Shown here one piece after another: positions 18,830-25,975 of a stretch of 40,000 nucleotides of DNA. The stretch comes from Marinobacterium mangrovicola (GTDB lineage Bacteria; Pseudomonadota; Gammaproteobacteria; Pseudomonadales; Balneatricaceae), in contig NZ_SMFU01000007.1 of NCBI RefSeq assembly GCF_004339595.1, positions 578,658-618,657 of the forward strand. The letters are read 5' to 3'. The number at the start of each line of letters is the position of its first letter. Positions within the stretch are counted from its first letter, which is position 1. The translations under genes and the position numbers were made by a program. A model generated the notes under the pieces. It worked only from the letters and a program-made list of their open reading frames with translations. It was not told the DNA's origin and made no database searches.

Positions 18830-19234
18830 ATGTCGCGAAATTTGAAGATTGAGAAAAGAGTTGCGGCCTTCCTTGGTATTGCACTCGGTTTTTTGCTGCC
18901 AGTCACCCCAGAGCTGGGCTTAGTTATCTTGGCGGCCTTTACGGACCCGTTATCCATATTCAATTGGAGCCCATGGTTCTACCCTCTAGGTTTAGTGAGC
19001 GTGGCTGGTATGCTCTCGCTTGCGATCATGAGCCCCAAGTTTAATGAAGCAACAGCATTTTTTATTTGGGCTGGCCAAGCTGTCTTCTGCGGGGGTTGGA
19101 TAGTTGGAAAGGTCTTTGTCCTTGGTCAATCATGGCTCTTTTCTGCGTGGTATTTATTATGTAGCGCAGCTTCAATATATGTAGCTTTCAAGATTCAGTA
19201 CGGCCGCAGAGAAAGTCGTGAGGCAACCACTTAA
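18830..19234 (+). CDS. Cassette 5: hypothetical four-helix membrane protein
   Basis: About 134 aa and strongly hydrophobic (AAFLGIALGFLLPV, LGLVSVAGMLSLAIM, FFIWAGQAVFCGGWIVG, SAWYLLCSAASIYVAF). The start could be ATG at 18830 or GTG at 18818. Confidence 0.6.
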   Translation: MSRNLKIEKRVAAFLGIALGFLLPVTPELGLVILAAFTDPLSIFNWSPWFYPLGLVSVAGMLSLAIMSPKFNEATAFFIWAGQAVFCGGWIVGKVFVLGQSWLFSAWYLLCSAASIYVAFKIQYGRRESREATT

Positions 19235-19313
19235 CAAGTTGTTGTAGTTTGTTCCGGCCTAAGGCCTCCACTGGACGCCCCTCTCGGGGCGCCGCTAAAC
19301 AAAAGCGTTATGA
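19229..19313 (+). repeat. attC 5
   Basis: ACTTAAC...GTTATGA. Internal hairpins are GGCC-TAA-GGCC and GCGCCCC-TCTC-GGGGCGC. The same subfamily as attC 9 and attC 10. Confidence 0.75.
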
Positions 19314-19669
19314 ATCCCTCAGATTCGAGAGAGAAAATGTATCCGGATGATGTGAATGGCGATGTGTTCAGAAGATTGGAGGAAGATAATTTCGATTTCT
19401 CTATCGAGCATCCAGTCGATTTCTATGCTATCTATGCCACCGAAGAAGAAGCTGACCTCGTTGCAAGGCAATACGCAACCGATTGGAAGAACGGACAAAA
19501 ATTTAAAAATATAGAAACAAGGCCGAGTGATGATGGTGGTATGGAGTTAGAGTTAGTCCCAATTATGATGGTTACATTTGACAATGTCGTCGCCTTTGAA
19601 AATAAACTGGCCGAGCGTACATCAAAGGTGAACGGATATTTGGATGGCTGGGGCGTTTTAAATGGCTAA
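19310..19669 (+). CDS. Cassette 6: RraB-family protein (regulator of ribonuclease activity B-like)
   Basis: 119 aa. It matches the RraB pattern: ...NGDVFRRLEEDNFDFSIEHPVDFYAIYATEEEADLVA... and a C-terminal YLDGWG (compare RraB YDGWG). The ATG lies inside the attC 5 R' core. Confidence 0.7.
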   Translation: MNPSDSREKMYPDDVNGDVFRRLEEDNFDFSIEHPVDFYAIYATEEEADLVARQYATDWKNGQKFKNIETRPSDDGGMELELVPIMMVTFDNVVAFENKLAERTSKVNGYLDGWGVLNG

Positions 19670-19671
19670 AT

Positions 19672-19759
19672 TCATAACAAAGCCAAGCACATTCTTGCAA
19701 TGCAAAAAGCGCATTGCACTGGACCTCGCTACGCTCGGCCTGTGTTGGCGGCGTTATGT
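19672..19759 (+). repeat. attC 6
   Basis: TCATAAC...GTTATGT. The ends are nearly identical to attC 3, with a different central loop. Confidence 0.8.
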
Positions 19760-19826
19760 TACCGAGTTACCCACGAAGAGTAGACACCTTCTATAGTTAG
19801 GTTTACGCCTGACGGGGAGGTGTAAG

Positions 19827-20135
19827 ATGGCCAGGAAAAAGTATCAGCACTATACCGAGGAGTTCCGACGCGAAGCGGTAAAGCGCGCGGGTCAACCTGG
19901 GAATACAGCAGCCTCGGTTGCGAAAGAATTGGGGATTCATCCGGGTCAGATCTATAACTGGAAGCGCCAGTTCAACCGCTTGTCGGAGAAGCAATTCAAC
20001 AGCCTGAATGGTGTCGACTACTCCAAGTCTGAAAGCGAAGAAGTTCGCCAGTTAAAGCGTGAGCGGGATGCGCTGAAGAAGGAGCTCGAGTTTCTAAAAA
20101 AAGCTGCTGCGTACTTTGCGAGCCAGCACGAGTAA
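19827..20135 (+). CDS. IS3-family transposase OrfA (HTH)
   Basis: MARKKYQHYTEEFRREAVKRAGQPGNTAASVAKELGIHPGQIYNWKRQF followed by a leucine-zipper-like tail, as is typical of IS3 OrfA. Confidence 0.9.
   Translation: MARKKYQHYTEEFRREAVKRAGQPGNTAASVAKELGIHPGQIYNWKRQFNRLSEKQFNSLNGVDYSKSESEEVRQLKRERDALKKELEFLKKAAAYFASQHE
20096..20103 (+). promoter_or_regulatory. Programmed -1 ribosomal frameshift site (A AAA AAA G)
   Basis: Seven A residues then G, in the orfA frame as cta-aaa-aaa-gct. The -1 frame is open from here into orfB (..KKSCCVLCEPARVKYALIQEYRGQFSIRLMCRVLKVSASGYYRW). Confidence 0.75.
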
Positions 20136-20182
20136 AGTACGCTCTGATACAGGAGTATCGAGGACAGTTTTCGATACGTCTG

Positions 20183-20989
20183 ATGTGTCGAGTGTTAAAG
20201 GTATCGGCATCAGGATATTACCGCTGGTTCAACCGGGATATCAGTTCTCGTGAGCTCAAGCGGCAGATCATGGAAGAGCAGGTCATGGATACCTTCGCCA
20301 CTTACAAAGCCCGCTATGGGGCACCGAGAATCGCCAAGGAGCTCAATGCTCTAGGCATCCCTTGTTCGGTCAATTACGTGGCTGAGATCCTCCAACGTCA
20401 CGGTGCCAGGGCTCGTAACGGCAAGGCCTTCAAGTATTCGCCGAACACCGAAGCGATGACCGGCGTGGCCGACAACCTTCTCAAACGTCATTTCAACGCG
20501 GATGGTCCAAACCAAAAGTGGACCACCGATATCACCTATATCTGGGTCAAGGATCGCTGGTTGTACCTGGCCACGGTGATGGATCTGTATTCGCGCAGCA
20601 TCGTCGGTTGGGCGCTTGATACCAGCATGACCGAACAGTTGATCACTGATGCGCTGCAAATGGCATTTAAACGTCGTGATATCGAGCCTGGTTTAATAAT
20701 CCATTCGGATCGTGGCGTCCAGTATCGTTCGAACCGCTATCAGGCCTTGATGGAGCGTCACGGCTGCCAACCCAGCATGAGTCGAAAAGGGAACTGTTGG
20801 GACAATGCAGTGATGGAGTCGTTTTTCAGTCGGCTGAAAGTGGAGCTGATCTATGCTGAACAATATCGAACAGTAGACGAAGCTAAATCAGGGATATTCG
20901 AGTACATCGAAGTATTTTATAACCGCATACGTAGACACTCAGCTTTGGACTATGTCAGCCCAGCAGAGTATGAGCGCAAATGCGCATAA
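20183..20989 (+). CDS. IS3-family transposase OrfB (DDE integrase domain; expressed as an OrfAB fusion)
   Basis: It has an rve-type DDE domain (WTTDITYI, IIHSDRGVQYRS, NCWDNAVMESFFSRLK) in the -1 frame relative to orfA. Confidence 0.9.
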   Translation: MCRVLKVSASGYYRWFNRDISSRELKRQIMEEQVMDTFATYKARYGAPRIAKELNALGIPCSVNYVAEILQRHGARARNGKAFKYSPNTEAMTGVADNLLKRHFNADGPNQKWTTDITYIWVKDRWLYLATVMDLYSRSIVGWALDTSMTEQLITDALQMAFKRRDIEPGLIIHSDRGVQYRSNRYQALMERHGCQPSMSRKGNCWDNAVMESFFSRLKVELIYAEQYRTVDEAKSGIFEYIEVFYNRIRRHSALDYVSPAEYERKCA

Positions 20990-21038
20990 TCTAGTGTCTA
21001 CTTTTTGTGGGTAGGACCAGGAGAAGTGAGGCTAGTCA

Positions 21039-21791
21039 ATGGATAGTAAATCAATAGATTCCCTTTTTAGAATTGTAAAACAAATAAATGATAGAGAGCG
21101 AGCGAATAGAAAAAACAAATCTAAGACTCCAAATAATAGACAGGTAAACAGACTTTTTATTGAGCTCGTAATTTTCCCCTTTTGCTTGGCAATCACAATT
21201 GCGCTAGCTAGGAAACTCTTTGAACTAGGTGACTGGCTTATTAATCCAGCATTAGCAATGCTTGCGCTCTCTTATATCGGGATTGTCCTACATCCGATCA
21301 TTTCTATAATTATCAACCGTAAAGCTTTTGTTCCGGGGATATTGAACCCGTTTTATTTACTTGTTGATAACGCCAAGTCATGTTCTGAAGTGGATGCAAA
21401 GCTTGTTCGCTATTTAGAGTCAAAACCTATAGAACACCTCAAGTTTTTATTGTTGGAAATCAATTCAGAAAAATCTGCATTTCAAAAGCGAATATCATTA
21501 ACCATAGGCGCAATTGAGAAAATAGGACTTCTTCCTGGATTTCTTGCAATGGCTGTAACATTATCAAAGCTAGGTAGTGGGCAACCTGAATGGGTGTATG
21601 CACTAGCTTATGCAACCCCAGCGCTTCACGTATTTGGTGTAGCTATGCACTATCTGAGATCTAGGCTTGAGAGAATGTCAAGCTTGCTAGAGTATGTAAT
21701 TGAGACTAAAGAAAGCTCCCTAACAAATCAATCAACCACCCGCCTAGCGGCGCCGGACAGCCTACGCGTTGCTTCGGTTGCCGGTTATTGA
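21039..21791 (+). CDS. Cassette 7: hypothetical membrane protein (250 aa)
   Basis: Basic N-terminus and several TM helices (LFIELVIFPFCLAITIALA, ALAMLALSYIGIVLHPIISIII, IGLLPGFLAMAVTL, ALAYATPALHVFGVAM). The last roughly 24 codons are encoded by the attC itself. Confidence 0.6.
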   Translation: MDSKSIDSLFRIVKQINDRERANRKNKSKTPNNRQVNRLFIELVIFPFCLAITIALARKLFELGDWLINPALAMLALSYIGIVLHPIISIIINRKAFVPGILNPFYLLVDNAKSCSEVDAKLVRYLESKPIEHLKFLLLEINSEKSAFQKRISLTIGAIEKIGLLPGFLAMAVTLSKLGSGQPEWVYALAYATPALHVFGVAMHYLRSRLERMSSLLEYVIETKESSLTNQSTTRLAAPDSLRVASVAGY

Positions 21792-21802
21792 AGCGTTAAG
21801 TT
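21719..21802 (+). repeat. attC 7
   Basis: CCCTAAC...GTTAAGT. The arms are partly complementary (AAATCAATCAACC / GGTTATTGAAGC). Confidence 0.65.
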
Positions 21803-21815
21803 AAAGGATGACCTT

Positions 21816-22088
21816 ATGAGCAAGGAAGATAAACCAATTCAGGTTGTAATTCTTGGGACGATATCATCTCTCGCTCTTATCTGTGTAGCTACATATATTG
21901 CAATTGCAGGCTTTAATATAGCCTCAACTGTAATTTTAGTTTCAGCTCTTAGTGGACTAGCTGTTCCAGCTGTCGTTTATGCAGATGGTGCTATTGAGTG
22001 TGTAACCGGCGTATTCGAAATGTTTATAGAAGGTCTGGTTGCAATATTTGAAGGAATTGTAGAGATAGTAGGTTCAATATTTGGATGA
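21816..22088 (+). CDS. Cassette 8: small hydrophobic protein (90 aa)
   Basis: The ATG follows AAGGATG. It has two TM-like helices and a hydrophobic/acidic tail (FEMFIEGLVAIFEGIVEIVGSIFG). Confidence 0.55.
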   Translation: MSKEDKPIQVVILGTISSLALICVATYIAIAGFNIASTVILVSALSGLAVPAVVYADGAIECVTGVFEMFIEGLVAIFEGIVEIVGSIFG

Positions 22089-22113
22089 TTTAATAATTAT
22101 ATGTATGAAACAA

Positions 22114-22198
22114 TTCATAAAAAGTTGCTAAAGTTTACTCCGGGACTTGGTCCTCCGTAGGACCGATGCCGCTTAGGCCCTTGAGCAAAATATTATGC
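22114..22198 (+). repeat. attC 8 (degenerate cores)
   Basis: TTCATAA...ATTATGC. The arms AAGTTGCTAAAG / CTTGAGCAAAAT are complementary. The same subfamily as attC 15 (TTGCTMAAGTTTACTCC). R' starts with A instead of G. Confidence 0.6.
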
Positions 22199-22211
22199 TA
22201 TTAGGTGAACT

Positions 22212-22691
22212 ATGTCAGCGCATTATAATCTATTGTTATCGCTTCCGTTGAATATATCTTCAGCTGTTGAACATTCCTCTGTCCTGGAGTTCGTCCTCAA
22301 TAAAAATAGTTCTCAGCCAGCGAATTTTCCTAATCATCCGTTCTTTGAAAAATTTAACCCAATATATCGTTTTCATAATTCTTATAAGGGGATCGTTTCA
22401 GGCGCATGGAAATCAGAGGCTTGGCTGGAAAAGGCGCCAAACGGTAATGTTTGTAACGCTGGCGTCAATCTTTGCTTACCCGGAAATAAGCTAGAGGGAG
22501 TTTGGCAAGATACCCTTCCTCTTATTCATTGGTTGGCTTCAATGTCATCGGCGCAAGGAGCTGTCGGTATTGTCGTTGCGGAAGATCTTAGCGAGGATGA
22601 ACCAATGGTTTTATTTGTTCGCCGCTCAAAGCTCTTTATTTCTACATCGAAGCATGAAGAACTTTATAATTTTGACGATGCTCTATCTTAA
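22212..22691 (+). CDS. Cassette 9: hypothetical protein (159 aa)
   Basis: The ATG follows AGGTGA. It is the single long + strand ORF filling the cassette. I do not recognise the family. Confidence 0.6.
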   Translation: MSAHYNLLLSLPLNISSAVEHSSVLEFVLNKNSSQPANFPNHPFFEKFNPIYRFHNSYKGIVSGAWKSEAWLEKAPNGNVCNAGVNLCLPGNKLEGVWQDTLPLIHWLASMSSAQGAVGIVVAEDLSEDEPMVLFVRRSKLFISTSKHEELYNFDDALS

Positions 22692-22701
22692 CCATGATAA
22701 G

Positions 22702-22773
22702 GCCTAACAAATACACAAAGTTCGCCCACTTCGTGGACTGGGGCCTCCAGGCCCCTTGCGTGGTGCGCTAGGA
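22702..22773 (+). repeat. attC 9 (degenerate R')
   Basis: GCCTAAC...GCTAGGA, with a central perfect hairpin GGGGCC-TCCA-GGCCCC. The R' core is GCT instead of GTT. Confidence 0.6.
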
Positions 22774-22781
22774 AGTCTCGA

Positions 22782-23207
22782 ATGAAGCCCACATTCCGGC
22801 ATGCGAAAGATAAGAATTTTGTTGAGCAACTGACTCTTCGAAACATGAAGCCGTACTACAAAGAACTCGGAATTCGCTGGGACCATGAGTTATTCGAGGC
22901 GAACTGGAAGGAATTCGAGAACTACGAGATAGCTATCGATAAGTGTGCGATAGGAGCCTTGCGATTGAGTCATGATAGTTGCGCTTATTAACTTCGCGAC
23001 CTTCAAATCGACCCGGATTGGCAAGATAAGGGAGTGGGGTCGCAGGCAATCAATTTTGCTATTGCTGTCGCCCAGAAAGAAGGCTTTCAATTGCTTCGAC
23101 TTCGTGTTTTTTGTGCAAACCCCGCAGTCGCTCTCTATAGGCGCTTAGGGTTCCGGATTTGCAAAACTGAAGTCGGGGTTCACTCTATGGAGCGGGAGCT
23201 GTCTTAA
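22782..23207 (+). pseudogene. Cassette 10: small GNAT-family N-acetyltransferase interrupted by an in-frame TAA (22989-22991)
   Basis: The track ORF ends ...IGALRLSHDSCAY*. The same frame continues without a start codon as LRDLQIDPDWQDKGVGSQAINFAIAVAQKEGFQLLRLRVFCANPAVALYRRLGFRICK. This is the GNAT acetyl-CoA-binding core (Q/RxxGxG/A ... A..LY...GF). Confidence 0.75.
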
Positions 23208-23289
23208 CAAGTGTATCAAATACGTTCCGGCCCAAAGGGCCTCCCACCGGACGGCCCTTAAGGGTCGCCGTTTATCCAATGCATTAGGG
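23202..23289 (+). repeat. attC 10 (degenerate R')
   Basis: TCTTAAC...ATTAGGG, with an internal hairpin GGCCC-AAA-GGGCC. It is closely related to attC 5. R' starts with A instead of G. Confidence 0.6.
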
Positions 23290-23302
23290 GAAGGAAGGTT
23301 CC

Positions 23303-23770
23303 GTGCAGAATGACTACGAAATAGCTCCAGGAAAAATACTCAAGGTGTTTTCAGCGGAAGAGACATCAGAGATTGAAAAGTCTTGGATGAACATATTCTG
23401 CAAAAATAAACAGGGATCTAATACAAAGGCATACAAGTGGCATATTTTCAGTGGTGGTGGGTATCCATCTGTTGATGGAGAAGCCGCAAAAGAAGAATAT
23501 AAAATCCAATCGGCGGCAAAGTTCGTGGTGTTACCGAACGATGGTGAAAACGCCGTTTTGACGGATTGTTTGCCCCGAGCCTGTTGTTTGAGTGATTACT
23601 ATGTATTTCCTCTCAATATGGCGTGGGTAATGGCATTTACACACGAAGATGGGTGGCTTGGTCCATATTTTGCGAAACATCAAAACTATAATGCCTTAAA
23701 TAAAGATAATTTTATGCAAATAAAAAAAGATCAACAAAAGTCTGAGGCAAAGAAGAAAGGGTGGCTTTAA
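23303..23770 (+). CDS. Cassette 11: hypothetical protein (155 aa), possibly DUF4275-like
   Basis: GTG start after GGAAGGAAGG. The motifs KWHIFSGGGYPS and YYVFPLNMAWVMAFTHEDGWLGPYF recall DUF4275-type proteins. The family call is from memory and is weak. Confidence 0.55.
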   Translation: MQNDYEIAPGKILKVFSAEETSEIEKSWMNIFCKNKQGSNTKAYKWHIFSGGGYPSVDGEAAKEEYKIQSAAKFVVLPNDGENAVLTDCLPRACCLSDYYVFPLNMAWVMAFTHEDGWLGPYFAKHQNYNALNKDNFMQIKKDQQKSEAKKKGWL

Positions 23771-23773
23771 TAT

Positions 23774-23904
23774 TGTTTAATTCAGAGCCAAGCAAGGTGC
23801 TGCAGGAGAATCGTAGTACGCTACGAAAATTTTATGGTATCGCTACGCTCTTTTTGCCATAGAACTTACTCCACTACATTGCTCTACTGACCACGACGTT
23901 AAAA
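23774..23904 (+). repeat. attC 11 (long, partly decayed)
   Basis: TGTTTAA(T)...GTTAAAA. It shares AGCCAAGCA and TCGCTACGCTC blocks with attC 3 and attC 6, but arm complementarity is weak. Confidence 0.45.
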
Positions 23905-23921
23905 GTCTTAGGTACTGAGAA

Positions 23922-24338
23922 ATGATCGGAATTGAATTTGAAGAACCAAAGCAAGAAGTTTGTGAATGTTGTGGAAATACCACAACACGGTTGACTAGGT
24001 TTGTGTATCGAGATGGGGATGCATTTGCCGTCTACTATGTGCTGTTTACAAACGGCCATGAAGATAAGTTTGCATACTCACTGATAGGTCTGGGTGATTG
24101 GGGGGAAGGGGCTGAGCCAGAAATGCGCACAGCTTTCGCAGTTAACATCTGGGATGACAATGATAATTGGGCAGTGACCGTCACGGATAAAGCAGAATCG
24201 CCCTGGAGTCACGTTGAGTTCATGGGCAAGATCCTAGATCGTGAAGCAGCCTTAGATCACCCTTGGATCAAATATGTATATCAGATCACCGATCACATAG
24301 TTGCGGAGGACAAGCCAGTAATGGAGTTCTTCGCGTGA
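23922..24338 (+). CDS. Cassette 12: hypothetical protein (138 aa) with an N-terminal CECCG motif
   Basis: The single long + strand ORF of the cassette. I do not recognise the family. Confidence 0.6.
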   Translation: MIGIEFEEPKQEVCECCGNTTTRLTRFVYRDGDAFAVYYVLFTNGHEDKFAYSLIGLGDWGEGAEPEMRTAFAVNIWDDNDNWAVTVTDKAESPWSHVEFMGKILDREAALDHPWIKYVYQITDHIVAEDKPVMEFFA

Positions 24339-24344
24339 TCCAAC

Positions 24345-24408
24345 TTGTAACAAGTCAAAGCAGCAAGGGCCTGCGGTTGGGACAGACTAAAGCACCGAGG
24401 CATTACAC
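24345..24408 (+). repeat. attC 12-like junction (degenerate)
   Basis: TTGTAAC...ATTACAC. It has a TAAC-AAG start like the other attCs, but the arms are poorly complementary and R' starts with A. Confidence 0.35.
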
Positions 24409-24423
24409 ATTGCAGGAGCAGTT

Positions 24424-24810
24424 GTGATAGTTATCTATGGAATCAAAGAACACCTTAATCCGATCAAGGCTCAGCTCTCTGAGGTCATTCACGGATGTAT
24501 GCAGTCTGTACTTGGTATGCCTGAAGACAAGCGGGCTCACCGTTTTATCCCTATGGAATCTGAGGATTTTTATTACCCCGTTGGCAGGACGCCCGCCTAC
24601 ACTGTCATCGAGATCAATATGATGCAGGGTAGAGCTCCCGAGACCCAAAAAGCTCTGATCAAGGAGCTATTCAACAAGATTGAGTCCGAGGTTGGCATCT
24701 CACCCGTGGATGTTGAAGTCACGATCAAGGAACAACCACCTCACTGTTGGGGCTTTCGAGGCATTACCGGAGATGAGGCGCGTGACCTCAAGTATTCGGT
24801 CAATGTGTAA
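24424..24810 (+). CDS. Cassette 13: tautomerase-superfamily protein (128-aa long form)
   Basis: GTG start 5 nt after AGGAG. Sequence MIVIYGIKEHLNPIKAQLSEVIHGCMQSVLGMPEDKRAHRFIPMESEDFYYP...YTVIEINMMQGRAPETQKALIKELF...ISPVDVEVTIKEQPPHCWGFRG matches the tandem beta-alpha-beta tautomerase family pattern. Confidence 0.7.
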   Translation: MIVIYGIKEHLNPIKAQLSEVIHGCMQSVLGMPEDKRAHRFIPMESEDFYYPVGRTPAYTVIEINMMQGRAPETQKALIKELFNKIESEVGISPVDVEVTIKEQPPHCWGFRGITGDEARDLKYSVNV

Positions 24811-24879
24811 CAATGTGGTCAACGGGCTGGAAACTGTGCTGAGCTCTGTGGGTGGCACCCATTACTGCTGGCGTTATAC
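24805..24879 (+). repeat. attC 13
   Basis: GTGTAAC (containing the stop codon)...GTTATAC. Arm pairing is less obvious than in the other sites. Confidence 0.5.
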
Positions 24880-24902
24880 CGTTAATGGAAAGGAAGCTTT
24901 AG

Positions 24903-25520
24903 ATGATTTCTATAGAGTTTTTACTCACCTCGCTAGTGGTGGTTCTAATTCCGGGAACAGGGGTTATATATACCGTCGCAACAGGGATCTTCGTAGGTAA
25001 ACGTGCGAGCATATTTGCTGCATTCGGATGCACCCTCGGTATAGTCCCTGCACTTTTAGCCAGTGCTTTTGGTCTTGCCGCTATCTTTCATGCCAGTGCG
25101 CTCGCATTTCAGGTGGTAAAATATACTGGTGCTTTATACTTGATTTATCTTGCATGGCAAATGTGGCGGTTTTCTTCTCCACTCTGTTTGAAAGATAATA
25201 AAGCAGGAGGGAGATACACTGACATTGTTGTCAAAGGATGTTTGATCAATATCCTAAACCCTAAACTTTCTATATTCTTTTTGGCTTTCCTGCCACAGTT
25301 TATATCTAGCAAAACCGATAGCGCTCTAGTTGGTATGATGGTCCTTGGGCTTGTTTTTATGGTTATGACCTTTGCTGTGTTTATTGTGTACGGTGTTCTT
25401 TCAGGAATTTTTAGCCATTTTATTGTTAAGTCAAAAATAGCCAGCAGTGTCATGCATAGAATTTTCGCTACAAGTTTTGCTGCGCTCGGACTTAAGTTGG
25501 CTTTTAGTGATCGGGTATAA
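24903..25520 (+). CDS. Cassette 14: LysE/RhtB-family amino-acid exporter
   Basis: 205 aa with six TM helices. It has the N-terminal LIPGTGVIYTV motif and the LNPKLSIFFLAFLPQF motif typical of LysE/RhtB translocators. Confidence 0.85.
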   Translation: MISIEFLLTSLVVVLIPGTGVIYTVATGIFVGKRASIFAAFGCTLGIVPALLASAFGLAAIFHASALAFQVVKYTGALYLIYLAWQMWRFSSPLCLKDNKAGGRYTDIVVKGCLINILNPKLSIFFLAFLPQFISSKTDSALVGMMVLGLVFMVMTFAVFIVYGVLSGIFSHFIVKSKIASSVMHRIFATSFAALGLKLAFSDRV

Positions 25521-25598
25521 CAGGATCAGGCGTAGCGACAGCTTTTTCGTTGCGGCCACGCCTCCACTACAACGCTACGCCTGTTGGCAGCGTTATAA
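25515..25598 (+). repeat. attC 14
   Basis: GTATAAC...GTTATAA. The arms are strongly complementary (CAGGCGTAGCG / CGCTACGCCTG). Confidence 0.8.
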
Positions 25599-25609
25599 GG
25601 CTTAGGTGT

Positions 25610-25876
25610 ATGGAAACTAAAAAGGCAAATATGATACTAGGGGTTGTAGTCTCTGTTCCGATAGCAGTATTTATATTGATTTATATCGTCAATCTAAGTG
25701 ATTCTCGATATACATGGGATGACATGGATCTAAACGGTGATGGTATGGTTACTTTTACTGAAGCAGAGTATGTAGGATCATCTGGTGTTAGAGAAATCGT
25801 TGTAGATGGAAAGAAGTGCTTCGAATATTTCGCATACAAAGATGGTTTGCCAATTAAAACAGTATGCGAAGAATGA
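25610..25876 (+). CDS. Cassette 15: small membrane-anchored EF-hand protein
   Basis: 88 aa with an N-terminal TM (ILGVVVSVPIAVFILIYIV) and a canonical 12-residue EF-hand loop (DLNGDGMVTFTE). Confidence 0.65.
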   Translation: METKKANMILGVVVSVPIAVFILIYIVNLSDSRYTWDDMDLNGDGMVTFTEAEYVGSSGVREIVVDGKKCFEYFAYKDGLPIKTVCEE

Positions 25877-25880
25877 TCCT

Positions 25881-25971
25881 TATAATAAATTGCTCAAGTT
25901 TACTCCAGGCCTTTGGCCCTCCTTGAGACCTACGCAGCTTCGCTGCTCAGGCCCCTTAGCAAAGCGTTATA
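25881..25971 (+). repeat. attC 15
   Basis: TATAATA...GTTATAT. Complementary arms are AAATTGCTCAAG / CTTAGCAAAGC. The same subfamily as attC 8. Confidence 0.65.
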
Positions 25972-25975
25972 TACT

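Larger units (their letters stand above)
19764..21019 (+). mobile_element. IS3-family insertion sequence (boundaries +/- about 5 bp)
   Basis: Imperfect terminal inverted repeats: left TTACCCACGAAGAGTAGACAC, right (reverse complement) CTACCCACAAAAAGTAGACAC. It has an orfA/orfB arrangement with an A7G slippery site. An ACC triplet occurs at both junctions (19761-63 and 21016-18), which may be a target duplication. Confidence 0.85.
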
